Assembly (NCBI RefSeq): GCF_009914755.1
Contig: NC_060933.1
Length of the DNA stretch: 64,000 nt
DNA from: the human T2T-CHM13v2.0 reference genome, Homo sapiens
Strand: one strand, 5' to 3'
Below the pieces are notes generated by a model. The model was not told the origin of the DNA. It saw only the letters and a list, made by a program, of their open reading frames with translations, and did not search any database. Made by a program: the position numbers and the translations under genes. Below are positions 16,334 to 34,668 of this stretch, piece by piece. The first letter of the stretch is position 1; each line of letters opens with the position of its first letter.

Positions 16334-17220
16334 GAAATCCAAGATAATAAGTTTATAGATTTCAACTACATTAACATAAAAGTGTTGCATTAAAAGACTA
16401 CTCAGGTTAGAAATAAATGTATCATGTCAGATAGAAAGATGATTAGGCCACGCAAATCTAGTCAAATTGTGGTATCCAGTTTATTTAATAAAATTCCATA
16501 AATAAGAAAAAAGCAGCAGAAAATTGAGCAATGGATATGCATAGGAAATTCATAGGTGAGGAACCCAAGGGGCCAAAAAACGTGTTTAAAATATATTCAA
16601 TATAATGAGTAATTAGGGAAATTCAAACTGTAATATTGATACATTTTATCCACAAATGGACAAAGAAATGCAAATCATACAAGATAAACTGAAGAAAATT
16701 TTAATTGAAGGGCAATCTGGCAATGTGGATCAACATTGGATTTGTGAATTCTTTTTAAGCAAACTCTTCTACCCTTAGGAACCTATCCACAGAAAATAAT
16801 TGGGCAATTAACCAAAGATGTACACATGATGATATTCCTTGTGGAATATTTTTCATAATAGTGAAGATTAGAAACAATGTAAATATCCCTCAATAGATGA
16901 CTGATTAAATAATTTTAGATGCATTTATTCAATGAAAAACTATGTAACCATAAAAAATCTAGATATTTTTTGGTCGTGTAAAGCTATTTGTGACATATTA
17001 TAAAGTGAAAGTGAAAAGATTACCAAAGGGTATTTAAATGCGTGATTCATTTTTATTAAAAAAAAAAAAACCTTTTGGTGTTACGTGCATAAAAGCTTAG
17101 CTCTATTTTAAAGTGTGCAATAAGATCATAAGTAATGAGTTTGCATTGTAATGAATGTGTGTAATTTTTATAATATAAGATATTTTGATTTGAAAATAAG
17201 ACATTAACAACTGAAAAAAA
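16334..17220 (+). mobile_element. Ancient L1M fragment (3' part, continues 9650-10187)
   Basis: Degenerate ORF2 end and 3' UTR motifs. Confidence 0.6.
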
Positions 17221-17419
17221 GAATCATTTTAAGCCAAAGCCAGAAATTTCAACAGTTTCTAAATACAGTGAGGTCATATCATCTGTTCCTAGAAAATGAC
17301 ATACTATCACGTTCTGACTTTATCTTTACCTCTCTCCAGAAAAAAAGAAAAAGGTGTAAAGAATTAACATCTCAAATTGGAGGTCAATAGATAAAATACA
17401 GAAAAGTAGATGATATTTT

Positions 17420-17583
17420 CCCACCAGAGACAATATTGTCACCAATGGGACAAAAATTGGTTCTTGAAGAGTGAAAAAATCTTAGATATTATAATGATTT
17501 ATGGCCTTCCAAAGCTTAACCCACCCGAAAAAATATTATCCCGTAGTTTTTAATTTCTCTATTAGGAAAAATTAACCTAATTA
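17420..17583. mobile_element. hAT/Charlie-like DNA transposon relic, continuing at about 28415-28495
   Basis: aaaattggttcttg..aaaaatcttagatatt..ggccttccaaag, resumed by ccttaggg..aaagaaattgaaaaat on the far side of the L1MA; family recalled from memory. Confidence 0.45.
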
Positions 17584-17737
17584 AAATATAAATTATTTTT
17601 CCACCTTTATTGAGATATAATTGGCAAATAAAAGTTGTATATATTGATGTTTTTTTACATGTGTACATTGTGTAATGGTTGCCACAATCAAACTAATTAA
17701 CACATCTCACATAGTTACCCTCTTATTAGTAGGCTAA

Positions 17738-18028
<291 letters not shown>

Positions 18029-20989
18029 CAGATCTACTTTCTTAGCAGATTTTGAACATATCGAATGGCATTTTAACTATAGTCACCTTGCAGTGCATTA
18101 GATCTTCGGAATTTATTTACTTGCGTAACTGAAACTTTACAGGTTGTGACTGTCATCTCCCTACTTGCCCCAACCACCGTCCCTGGAAAACACCATACTA
18201 CTAATTCTGTGAGTTTGACTTTTTTTTTAGATTTCACAAAAATTGAGGCATTCTGTATTTATTTTTCTGTGTTTCTAAGGCTTGTTTCACTTAGCATAAT
18301 GACCTTCAGTCTCATCCACATTGCTGCAAATGACTGGATTTCTTTTTTATTGTTGTTAAGGCTGAATAACATTGCATTGTGTGTGTGTGAATGTGTATAT
18401 GTATATATCACATCCGATTTTCTTTATCCATTCATGCATTCATGAGCACATATGTTGATTCTGTATCTTGGCTATTGTAAATAATTCTGCAATGAATATG
18501 GAGGTACAGATATCTATTCAACATACTTATTTTATTTCCTTTGGATATATACCCAGAAATAGTATTGCTGGATCATATGGTAGTCTACTTTTATTTTTTT
18601 TTTTTAGGAAACTCCACACTGTTTTCCATAATGGCTGTACCAATTTATACTCCCACCAACAGTGTACAAAGGTTCCTTTATTTTCACATCCTCATCAACA
18701 CTTGCTATCTTTTTCCTTATGATAATAGCCATAGTAATAGGTCCAAGGTGATATCTTATTGTCATTTTGATTTGCATTCCCTGATAATTGGTGATGTTGA
18801 ACTTTTTTTCCCACTTATCTTTAGGGCATTTGTGTGTCGTCTTTTGAGAGATATCTGTATAGGTATTTTGCTCATATTTTAATCAGATTACCTGTTTTCT
18901 TGCTATTGAATTGTTTGAGTGACTCACGTATTTTAGATATTAACCCTTTGTCTCATATATGGCTGATGAATGTTTTCTTTTATTCCACCAGTTGCCTCTT
19001 CATTTTATTGGTTGTTTGCATACAGAAGGTCTGTATTTTGATGCAATACTGTTTGTATAGTTTCACTTTTGTTACCTATAATTTTTGGATCACATCCAAA
19101 AAGGCATTGCCCAGGGCAATGTCTAAAACATTTTTTCCTACACTATATTTTCTTCTAGTAGTTTTACAGTTTCAGGTCTTACATTTAAGTATTTAATTCA
19201 TTTGAGCTTATTTTTATTTACGGTGTGAAGTAAGGGTCTAATTTCATTCTTCTTCATGTCGATATTCAGGTTTCACAACACTGTTTTTTGAAGAGACTGT
19301 CCTTTCCTCATTATGTCTTCTTGGCAAGTATGTGAAAGATCAGTTGTCTGTAAATATATACATTTACTTCTGGGCTCTCTATTTTGTTCTATTGGTCTAT
19401 ATGTCTCTTTCTATTCTAGTAACATAATGTTTAGCTTACTATAGCTTTGTAGTATAGTGTGAAATCAAAAAATCAAATGGTGTGATGAGTCAAAATTTGT
19501 TCTTTTTTCTCAAGATCGTTTGGGCTATTTAGTGTCTTTTTGTTTCCATATGAATTTTAGAATTGCTTTTTCTATTTCTGTGAAAAATAGTATTGGAAAA
19601 ATAGTATTGGAATTCCTGTGAAAAATAGTATTGGAATTTTGATAGACATTGCATTGAATCTATAAATTGCTTTGGGTGTAAATTGCTTTGTATGGACATT
19701 TTAACAATATTATTTCAATCTACAAGCATAGAATATCTTTCCATTTATTTGTGTCTTCTTCAATTTCTTCCATCAGTGTTTCATGGTTTTCAGTGTACTG
19801 ATTTTTCACCTTCCTGGTTAAATTTATTTCTAAGTATGTTACAGTATGTGAGATTGTTTTCTTAATTTCATTTTTGGGTAGCTTGTTATTGATGTTTAGA
19901 CATGCAACTGATTTTTGTATGTTGATTTGGTATGCTGAAAATTTACTGAATTAGTTTATTCTAACAGTATTTTTTTTGAGACTTTAGGGTTTTACATATA
20001 TTAGATCAAGTCATGTGCAAATACAGACACTCTACACTTCAACTGTTCCTCCTCCCACATTTTCTGTTACTGATTCAATTGGCCTCTTTTATTTATCATA
20101 TATTAATTCACAAATTATTATATAGTTATTACTTACATAACTTTTATATGAGTTGAAAGTGATTTATGTATCACCATTGCAGTATCTGAGTAATCTAATT
20201 TGAAATACATTCTTTTGTTGACAGTCAATTTTATATTTTCACATGTTTCTATGTTGTGTCAATTCATTCCAACTTGAAGTTCCTTTAGTATTTCTTATAA
20301 GGCAGATCTAGTGGTGATGAACTCCTTCAGCTTTTGTTGCTCTTGGAGTCTTCATTTCTGAAGGGTAGATTTCCTGTTTATACTATTCATTGGTAGGCAG
20401 GTTTTTCTTTTGTCTTTCAGCACTTTAAATATATCATTTTTCTCTTTCCCAGTTTGACTTTTAAGGATTTCATTATAATGTGTCTCATTAAAGATATCTT
20501 TATGTTTAATATTTGGAGTTCTTTTGGCTTCATGGTCTGGGTGTTTATTTCCCTTTCTGGATTTGGGAAACTTTCTGTTGTTTCTTTAAATAAGCATCTT
20601 ACCCTTTCTCTTTCTCTGCTCCTTATAGGACTCCCATAATGCATAAATTAGTTTACATGATGGTGTCCAGTAAGTCCTATAGGCTTTCTTCACTTCTTAA
20701 AGTTCTTTTTTCTTTTCAGTCTTCTCACTGGATAATTTCAAATGACCTGTCTTTTTTTTGTTTGTTTGTTTGTTTTCTTTTTTTATTATACTTTAAGTTT
20801 TAGGGGACATGTGCACAATGTGCAGGTTAGTTACGTATGTATACATGTGCCATGCTGCTGTGCTGCACCCACTAACTTGTCATCTAGCATTAGGTATATC
20901 TCCCAATGCTATCCCTCCCCCCTCCCCCCACCCCACAACAGTCCCCAGAGTGTGATGTTCCCCTTCCTGTGTCCATGTGATCTCATTGT

Positions 20990-24832
<3,843 letters not shown>

Positions 24833-24880
24833 TTATTTTGCTCATTAGTTGATGCAGTTTCTTCCTAGCCTCGATGGACT

Positions 24881-25896
24881 TTACAATTTGGCATGATTTT
24901 GCAGCGGTTGGTACTGGTTGTTCCTTTCCATGTTTAGCACTTCCTTCAGGAGCTCTTTTAGGGCAGGCCTGGTGGTGACAAAATCTCTCAGCATTTGCTT
25001 GTCTGTAAAGGATTTTATTTCTCCTTCACTTATGAAGCTTAGTTTGGCTGGATATGAAATTCTGGGTTGAAAATTCTTTTCTTTAAGAATGTTGAATATT
25101 GGCCCCCACTCTCTTCTGGCTTGTAGGGTTTCTGCCAGGAGATCCGCTGTTAGTTTGATGGGCTTCCCTTTGAGGGTAACCCGACCTTTCTCTCTGGATG
25201 CCCTAAACATTTTTTCCCTCATTTCAACTTTGGTGAATCTGACAATTAGGTGTCTTGGAGTTGCTCTTCTCGAGGAGTATCTTTGTGGCATTCTCTGTAT
25301 TTCCTGAATCTGAACGTTGGCCTGCCTTGCTAGATTGGGGAAGTTCTCCTGGATAATATCCTGCAGAGTGTTTTCCAACTTGGTTCCATTCTCCCCATCA
25401 CTTTCAGGTACACCAATCAGACGTAGATTTGGTCTTTTCACATAGTCCCATATTTCTTGGAGGCTTTGTTCATTTCTTTTTATTCTTTTTTCTCTAAACT
25501 TCCCTTCTCGCTTCATTTCATTCATTTCATCTTCCATCACTGATACCCTTTCTTCCAGTTGATCGCATCGGCTCCTGAGGCTTCTGCATTCTTCATGTAG
25601 TTCTCGAGCCTTGGTTTTCAGCTCCATCAGCTCCTTTAAGCACTTCTCTGTATTGGTTATTCTAGTTATACATTCTTCTAAATATTTTTCAAAGTTTTCA
25701 ACTTCTTTGCCTTTGGTTTGAATGTCCTCCTGTAGCTCAGAGTAATTTGATTGTCTGAAGCCTTCTTCTCTCAGCTCGTCAAAGTCATTCTCCATCCAGC
25801 TTTGTTACGTTGCTGGTGAGGAACTGCGTTCCTTTAGAGGAGGAGAGGTGCTCTGCTTTTTTAGTTTCCAGTTTTTCTGTTCTGTTTTTTCCCCAT
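24881..25896 (-). pseudogene. ORF1: L1-B ORF1: stop at codon 12, remaining 304 aa open from an internal Met
   Basis: ATG at 25896; ggaaacTAA with a net 1-nt loss; ORF 24881-25795 matches ORF1p. Confidence 0.93.
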
Positions 25897-26801
25897 CTTT
25901 GTGGTTTTATCTACTTTTGGTCTTTGATGATGGTGATGTACAGATGGGGTTTTGGTGTGGATGTCCCTTCTGTTTGTTAGTTTTCCTTCTAACAGACAGG
26001 ACCCTCAGCTGCAGGTCTGTTGGAGTACCCTGCCGTGTGAGGTGTCAGTGTGCCCCTGTTGGGGGGTGCCTCCCAGTTAGGCTGCTCGGGGGTCAGGGGT
26101 CAGGCACCCACTTGAGGACGCAGTCTGCCCCTTCTCAGATCTCCAGCTGCGTACTGGGAGAACCACTGCTCTCTTCAAAGCTGTCAGACAGGGACATTTA
26201 AGTCTGCAGAGGTTACTGCTGTCTTTTTGTTTGTCTGTGCCCTGCCCTCAGAGGTGGAGCCTACAGAGGCAGGCAGGCCTCCTTGAGCTGTGGTGGGCTC
26301 CACCCAGTTCGAGCTTACCGGCTGCTTTGTTTACCTAAGCAAGCCTGGGCAATGGCGGGCGCCCCTCTCCCAGCCTCGCTGCCGCCTTGCAGTTTGATCT
26401 CAGACTGCTGCGCTAGCAATCAGCGAGACTCTGTGGGCGTAGGACCGTCCGAGCCAGGTGCGGGATATAATCTCGTGGTGCGCCGTTTTTTAAGCCTGTC
26501 GGAAAAGCACAGTATTCAGGTGGGAGTGACCCGATTTTCCAGGTGCCATCCGTCACCCCTTTCTTTGACTAGGAAAGGGAACTCCCTGACCCCTTGCGCT
26601 TCCCAGGTGAGGCAATGCCTCGCCCTGCTTCGGCTCGCGCTTGGTGCGCGCACCCACTGACCTGCGCCCACTGTCTGGCACTCCCTAGTGAGATGAACCC
26701 GGTACTTCAGATAGAAATGCAGAAATCACCCGTCTTCTTCGTCACTCACGCTGGGAGCTGTAGACCGGGGCTGTTCCTATTCGGCCATCTTGGCTCCTCC
26801 C
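25897..26801 (-). promoter_or_regulatory. L1-B 5' UTR, CpG-rich sense and antisense promoter
   Basis: YY1 motif CAAGATGGC intact; many CpGs retained. Confidence 0.75.
26352..26660 (+). CDS. ORF0: L1-B antisense ORF0 homolog, open for 102 aa
   Basis: MAGAPLPASLPPCSLISDCCASNQRDSVGVGPSEPG matches the primate L1 ORF0 N-terminus; expression unknown. Confidence 0.55.
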   Translation: MAGAPLPASLPPCSLISDCCASNQRDSVGVGPSEPGAGYNLVVRRFLSLSEKHSIQVGVTRFSRCHPSPLSLTRKGNSLTPCASQVRQCLALLRLALGARTH

Positions 26802-27481
26802 TGACCTGTCTTTAAACTCACCAATTTTTTCTTCTACTTGATTGTGTGCTGTGTTAAATGTCTCTGAGAAATTTCTCAGCTTCATCTTTTGTTTTTCAGC
26901 TCCAAAGTTTAGCTTTTTTTTTTATGGTTTCTACATCTTTGCTGAACTTCTAATTTTGTTCATGTATTGTTTTCCTGTTTTTTAAGTTGTCCTTCTGTGT
27001 TCTTTTATAGCTTGATGAACTTACTAAGAAAAGTATTTGGAATTCTTTGTCTGGCATTTCACAGATCTCCATCTCTTTAGTGTTGGCTACTAGCACTTTC
27101 TTTTGTTCCGCTATTGGTGCCATGTTTCCATGATTATTTATGATCCTGTGGTTTTGCATTCGTGTCTGCACATTTGAAGAAGTAGGCACTTCTTCCAATC
27201 TTTGAAGACTGGCTTTGGCAGGAAAAGCTCTTCATCAGTCAACCCATCCAGAAGTTCTGAGCAGGCCAGATGGTAGGGTCCATGGGTAGGTTTGGTACTA
27301 TAGTCCTCAGGTGGGTTGGTCTGATGCCTCTGTCAGTGAGTAGGCCTGGCTCCTGTGTCCACAGGGCTGGGCTAGTGTCTGGGTCCACATGGGAAGACCT
27401 GGTGCCTTGCTCTGTGTGGGCAAGCCTGGAGCCTTGTTCCATGGGTGCAGGCCTGGATCCTGGTTCCACAAGCATAGCGTG

Positions 27482-27533
27482 GAGCCTATCAGCTAGGTGA
27501 GCCTATCAGCTAGGTGGGCCTATCAGCTAGGTT
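27482..27533. repeat. 17-bp tandem repeat x3 (gagcctatcagctaggt)
   Basis: Seen directly. Confidence 0.9.
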
Positions 27534-28890
27534 CACTCAGGTGGGCCTATCCATACTAGGTCTGGAGTATGGGTCCACTGGGGTGCGCCAGGAACCTGGG
27601 TTTGTGAGGGCCTTCTGGAAGCCTAAGTCCACAGGGGCTGATATATTGTCATGGTGCTGCAGCAGGCCTTGAGCCTGAGTCTGCAGGGTCCAGCTTGGTG
27701 CTACGGTGGGTCTGCCACCTGGGGCCATGAGGATAGGCCTGATCCTGAGTTTGTGGGGTCTGTCTTAGTACTGTGATCTACTCAGGTAGGCCTGGCACCT
27801 GGGTCCACAGGGGAAAGCCTGGTGCCTGAGACCATGGAGGTGAGGGAGGGAGCAAGGAGAGAGTGGAGCTGAATCCTCAAAGATAGGCTTGGATTCTGGG
27901 TCCATGGGGGCCGGCCTGGTGCTTGACAGGTATGAAGCCTGGGTTTACAGGGGAATGGCCTGGTACTGGTGTGGGCTTGGAGTCTTGGTCTGTGAGTGCT
28001 GACCTGAGCACTGGGGCTATGGGGGCCAGCTTGGAACCCAAAGCCATGGGAGCAGGTCTGGTGGCAGAGTTCACTGAGGTGGGCCCAATACTGGGGTTGA
28101 TGGTGAAGCTGGGTGCTCGCTTCAGTCTCCTTTCCTTATGTAAAGGTTATCTTTCTTTGTACTCTGCTGTGTGGGCTTGGGGGAGGAGTGGCTGAGGTAA
28201 TGTAAAACTGTCCTTCCTACTCTCTTTAATGCATATTTTCTTATTTCTGTGCTTCAGCCAGGTGCTGTAATTTGTCACCTGGATTCCTTAACTCTTGTGA
28301 ACGTATTTTTAAGCATGGATGTTTGTTCAAATTAATGCTTCTGTGAGGAGATAAGCCCTGGATACTCCTGTGCTACCATCTTGGTGATGTCACTCTCCAA
28401 ATGTAAATTATTTTAATTAGTTACATTATTTATAGCAATAAAATTTAAATTTTTTCCTTAGGGCACAATGCTGATAAAGAAATTGAAAAATATCAGACTA
28501 TATAAACTAAATGAGGGGTGCTTAATCCCCTTCAAGGAGGTAGTAGAGAATTTAGTACTAGTTTATCTCTCCAGATAGTGATTCAATTTTTTTTCAATTA
28601 CAGTTATTCTAGATATAAGAAAAGGGACAGGTTTGGAAGATTACATTATTATTTGGAGACATTGATCTTAGTCACTATTACTGATAAAATTCAGCCTAGT
28701 TTATGTCTATAGACACATAATAAGACTGCATGAAAGCTATTAGGATCTAAGTTTTCTACATTGGATAACCTCTCCCTTTCACCCTTACCCTAGCCTAAGT
28801 TTTCCCATATCATTATCAAATCCTCACCATTTGTAGAACTGTCTACCCCCTCTCACTAGCCATCTACTGCAAACACACACTAATACACAG

Positions 28891-28912
28891 ACACACACAC
28901 ACACACACACAC
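28891..28912. repeat. (AC)n microsatellite
   Basis: Seen directly. Confidence 0.95.
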
Positions 28913-30204
28913 TCAAAGGTAGGGGGAAAGAATGGTGGCTGAAAATATAGCAATGACAGGGCTTCTTTGTGAATGGGCTCAGGGAAAAGATGTACTGTAC
29001 ATGCCAAATAATTTCACTAAGTTCTTGATGGATGGGAAGGACAATGGAGGGAGGGACTCATAAAGGATTTATGGGGGCCAGGATTAAGGGAGCGTGTGAG
29101 AATGCCGTCACTAATCTGGCTTGAGGTAAAAGAAACATGTGGAACGCTTCAATGAGACATTAACTAATGCTTTGGCACAGGTGCAGCTGAATGGTGCTAA
29201 CACCTTATATCAGGTCCTTTTCTTGTTGTCCACCATGTCTGGGGATACACAAAGAAAAGCGGTGCAGACAGGGAGGCAAGAAAGGGGAGGGAAGCCATTT
29301 CTACATTTCTTGGTTGCCAGTTTTAGAAATGTAGCTTGACTCCATACCCAGAATGTGTGTGCCTGTTTCTACCCACCCTGTTAGCCACAAACTTTTCCAG
29401 TAACTATTAGTTCTCTGATATTTTTAGCATTATTAATGATGCATAGAGTAGGAAAAGAGAATAAGTAAAGGGAAATGAACAGCCTGGAAAAGGCTACTGG
29501 GGCTATTGTCCATTTGCGTCCATATGAAATTTAGAGTTTTTGAAAATCATTTGCAAGATCTAACTATGTTGTACCTACAGGGAAGATGGATAGAGAACAG
29601 AAATGGCTAGAGGATAGAGCACAACAGATACAAATAAATGGTTCTAGAACTTTCTCCTTATAATTGATAATCAAATTCCCTGCTTATTTTTCATTATAAA
29701 GCAGACAAAAGAGCATTTAGAATACCAAAACTCCAGAGAAATCAAATCAAATGGGCAAGAATCTCTCTTATAAATAGTAACTATTCACTGACACACCAGA
29801 TGCAAATTGAGCACCAACATGTATGTAATACCACATTGTACTGTTGAGGGTTATACATCTCTTCTCTTCTTCATTTGGTTAAGAAAAGTTATTGATCACT
29901 ACTATTCTATGCATTGTCCTAGAGGTTGTGAGGCAAACAGATATATGAGACATCACAGAATAAAATGGAGGCTAATTCAATGAAAAAATTCAGTGGATAT
30001 CAAGGAAACCTAGGTGCTGGAAAAGAGACATTAAAAAAGAACCACCTAAAATAATCTCCAATGGTGTATTTAATTTGTTTAGATAACATTCTTATTTTGA
30101 AATAATTTTAGAATTACTAAAACGTTGGAAAGTAGTACACGGTGTTCCCATATTCCCTCTTCCCAGTATCTTCTATGTTGTATATTTCTCAAAACTAAGA
30201 AGTT

Positions 30205-30510
<306 letters not shown>

Positions 30511-30929
30511 AAAACTAAGAAGTTGACATATTGGTACAATTCTGTTAAGAATTTGAGTTTCACCAGTTTTTCCACTATTTCCTCATTCTGTTCTGAGACC
30601 TGATGTAGGATACTACATTACATTTAGGATGTGCTTGATTTTAAGATTGTTTCTAACCATTATTATTACCTTATCATGGTTGAGTATTTTGTGGTGGGCA
30701 GAGTGAATAATATAACTGGCGCCACCACCTAGGGTATTTTTCCGGGTCACAGAAATCTTGATCACGGTGTAACTCATGTATTATTCTACTAATTCACTAA
30801 AGAAGCTGATTTTGAACCTGGATGTTGACAGCCTTCACTTTTCACCTTCAGCTTGGTAGATAAGCGTTTTTGATGTTTCCACAATTATTTGCAGAAACTT
30901 ACTAAAAAGTGTATATATATATAATCGAA

Positions 30930-31070
30930 ATAGGCCTGACAGCTAATCTATTTCAATCTACTTATTTACAGCTGAGGAAATTGAGACTTGAAGAAGCTTA
31001 CATGATTTGCCCAGGGTCCCTCAGTGAGTCAGTGGCAAATTTGGAATTTATCTTTGGCTCTTTTTCTCCC
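30930..31070 (-). mobile_element. MIR SINE
   Basis: ttacagctgaggaaattgagac..tgatttgcccagggtc. Confidence 0.7.
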
Positions 31071-32607
31071 TTTGGAGAGGTACATAAAGTGTTCCACAAA
31101 TCCTACAAAACATATACATATAGATACATAATATGTGTGTGTATATATATATATGTATGTATATATTTTGGCACAAAAGGAAGGACAATGGTGTGAATAC
31201 TTTTAGAGTGAAAGCATTTATTTAAGTTATGCTCTTTTTCTTCATCTCCAGCTTAATACTGTTTTTATAAAACATGCTCTCCATTGTAAAGAATGTTTAC
31301 CATCTCTGCATGTGTGGCCTTTGGAGAATATGTATCCTTTTTTTCTGGATAATTGCCTGTTCTCAACTTTCTACCACACCATTTCAAAGAAGTTGGACTT
31401 CTCAAGTCTGTGGAATTTCTCAACAACTACTTCACATCTCACTTTGTTTGGGGGCTAGTTAAGCTTTCTTTTCCTTCTTTTCTATGTTCTTTCTTTCTTC
31501 TCAGGTTTTGCTTTACCTGTGTTAAGTTTTAGTTTATATTTCCTTATATAGCTAAGAAAACTGTGGCCAGGTACTTAAGAAGAAATGCGTGTGGAAGTCA
31601 TAAAATGATTCCACTTAATCCACTATGATTAATTTTTCCATAACAATTTTGAGTCTATTAGGCTTGTTTTTATAGCAGTTACTGAAAAAGGATGTCTGTC
31701 AGGCATACCATATATTTCTTTTAGGTGCTGTTGTTAACGAGCTGAAGCCAACATATCACTTTTCAGTTTTAAAGTGGTAGGTATCAGATGAATAACCAGA
31801 AACAAAACTTGTCAATTGTGTCTGGAAAGTCATTGTTCAACACACACTAAATAAAACAAAGTGCTTCACTTTCAAAGAAAACAGAGTTCAGTATTTGAAA
31901 ATTCATCACCTAGCCTCACCCTACACAGAAACATATAAGACTATATCTTCTTGGAGTATATAGATGAATTTAATAAAACAATGGCTTAATGACCAGTTAG
32001 AAATGTAAAAAATAATAATCTTTTTTTGAGTGAACTATTTAGTTATGTCTAGAGGCATAAATGAAAAGAACATTTACTTTGGAGTCAGGCACAACTGGAT
32101 TTAAATACAAGCTCTTCAATTCATTTTCTGCATGGCCTTTGGTAAGTTATTTATTACTTTTGGAGATTCAGTTCCTCCCTCTAAGGCACATCTCATAACC
32201 AAATTGAAAGTGAAAATAAAAAATATTAACTTTTCTATACCTTCTTAGCATTTTGCTATATTCCATAAGCCAGAGTGATTTTAAAATCATATCTCTTGAA
32301 GTTATCAAATGGATAAAAACCTTATATTGCATATTTAATTCTAGACACAACTCAGCACTCTTTTTCATTTAGTTAATTCTACATCACATCTATCCCAGAA
32401 GTTAGTAAATACCTTGAGGTCCTGAGCAACAACATATACTTCTTATATTTTGGCTTTTCTATATCTATTGTGGTGCCCCTTGGACAATGAAAGATTAATA
32501 AGATGAAGAAATAAGCTGAATTGAATTGGGTGGAATAGTCTTATAATGATTAAAAGGAATTTTCAATTAAGAAATCCTCTATGGAATATAGAGGACAGGT
32601 TAACTAT

Positions 32608-32862
32608 CTGTAATAAGCAAAATAATGTTTCCTGCAAAGATGTCATAACCTAATTCTTGGAACTTGTGAATACAGTTACTTTAAATGTCAAAAGGGATTT
32701 TGGCGATACGATTAAGTTAGATTATCTTTGATTACTTTGGTGGGCCAAAACTAATTATTTGGGTAATGTAGGACTTTTACAGAATTGTAAAATAATAAAT
32801 TTATGTCAATTTAAGCCACAAAATTTGTTTATTTGGTACAGCAACAATAGAAAAATAATACA
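32608..32862 (+). mobile_element. MaLR LTR (MLT1) remnant, internally deleted
   Basis: cctaattcttggaacttgtgaata..gattaagtt..aataaattt..ggtacagcaacaatagaaaaataataca. Confidence 0.65.
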
Positions 32863-33189
32863 CTATTTCTGTAAAATACCCTAAATTTAAGGTAAGGAAA
32901 AAAGAGATAAAATAATCAAGGCATAAGAGACTGGAAATTCTCAAGAATATGCTTTATTCAGTTCTTAGAAATTCAGCAAGGAGCTTAGTGTCCCTAAAAT
33001 AAGAAGAATAAACCCAGAGATATACCAGCATCAGAATCTAAGAGGAAGTCAGTGTTCTAGTGATAAGATCAAACTAATGGTCCATAAAAGAATAGCTCTA
33101 CTTCCATATGGACTTCGGGGACTGAAAGGCCTGATTGAGCAAAGTCTTAGGGATAGAAGTAGGGTCAGTTGTCAAGAGCCTAGGACTTA

Positions 33190-33400
33190 ATGAAAGTTGG
33201 GTTTAATACTGGTAGCATTATTCATTAGCTTTATGAATTTAGGAAAACTCCAAAACTGGTCCAAGCCTCAGTTTCCTCACCTGTCAAATGACAATATTAA
33301 ACATGCATTACTAAAGAGGATGTCATGAGACACATATGTAACCTCAGCACAATTCTGTGCACAGAATAGCATTAAGTAACCACTTTCCATTTTCATTATT
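33190..33400 (+). mobile_element. MIR SINE
   Basis: aagcctcagtttcctcacctgtcaaatg core. Confidence 0.75.
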
Positions 33401-34298
33401 CTTACTGGAAATGAATTGATATTACTGGACTCTAGCAAACTAAAATAGAATAGCTGTAGTAGATTAATTTATTTGATCTATCAAAGGGTTTTTCTGTGTA
33501 TCATATACTATATCAGGCACTTGGAATAGAGCAATGAATAAAACATAGTGCTACCCCTCACTAAGCTTAGTGTCTCCTAAACAATAGTTCTTTTTAAAAA
33601 CAATAGGTTGATTTAATGTTTTCAGCCAGTGACAGGGAAACTGAGTGCTGAAAATATAAACTTCTGATATACTTCAAGAGCATATAGTCTATGTCATAAT
33701 ATTAATAATATATGATCATTGTAATGAAAACCATACATAAATGTTTATTGAGCTTTATGTTATTTAGAAAGTGACAGCAGAATGTCATTTATTAATGTCA
33801 GACAATTGGGAAATCATGATGTTAGTGGGCTGTTTGGGGAAGTGCTGTATTTTCTCACTGCAATTTCTCTGGGCCCAAGTTTACCATTAGAAGTAAGTTT
33901 GTGCCAAAATCTCAACAGATGTTAAAGATAAAATTTGACAAAAGAAAAAAATCACTTCACTGAACCAGCAAATGGGTGAAATGGTTTATATTGAGAGAAT
34001 GATTTAAACTTCCTCAAGCAGTATATGAAGATAATAGTTCTTATTTTGAAGTTCTGCTGTAGAAGGAAGTCAGGATTATCAGGACCAAATGAGAGGGGCT
34101 GAAAGCAAGAAATTCTACATGTACACTATTTAGGGCCAGTATCAGCCCATGCAGGGGCAAGGAACAGAGTGATAGTTTCTTGAGAGCTGGTTAGTTGTCA
34201 TAGGGCTGACATTATCACAAGCATTGTCCAGAGATAACCTAGGACAGTCATAGCAAATGTTGCTTTTATATACTATTTACAATGTTTTCTTCCCCCCC

Positions 34299-34668
34299 TT
34301 TTTTTTTAAAAAATTATACTCAAGTTCTGGGACACGTGCAGAACATGTAGATTTGTTACATACGTTTACATGTGCCTTGGTGGTTTGCTGCACCTCTTAA
34401 CCCGCCATCTACATTAGGAATTTCTCCTAATGTTATCCCTCCTCTTGATCCCCAGTAGGCCCCAGTGTGTGGTGTTCCCCTCCCTGTGCCTATATGTTCT
34501 CATCGTTCAACTCCCACTTGTGAGTGAGAACATGCAGTGTTTGGTTTTCTGTTCCTGTGTTAGTTTGCTGAGAATGATGGTTTCTCGCTTCATCCGTGTC
34601 GCCGCAAAGGACATGAACTCATTCTTTTTTATGGCTGCATAGTATAAGGAAAATGTGGCACATATACA
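34299..34668 (-). mobile_element. Short 5'-truncated L1PA (PA7/8-like) with a 24-nt inverted 5' segment
   Basis: L1 3' UTR on the minus strand to 34644, then plus-strand taaggaaaatgtggcacatataca. Confidence 0.85.

Noticed and set aside
34275-34290. tttacaatgtttt as the missing TSD partner of the L1-C 5' flank
   Set aside because: Only about 11/15 identity in AT-rich sequence, and it flanks a different, older L1.
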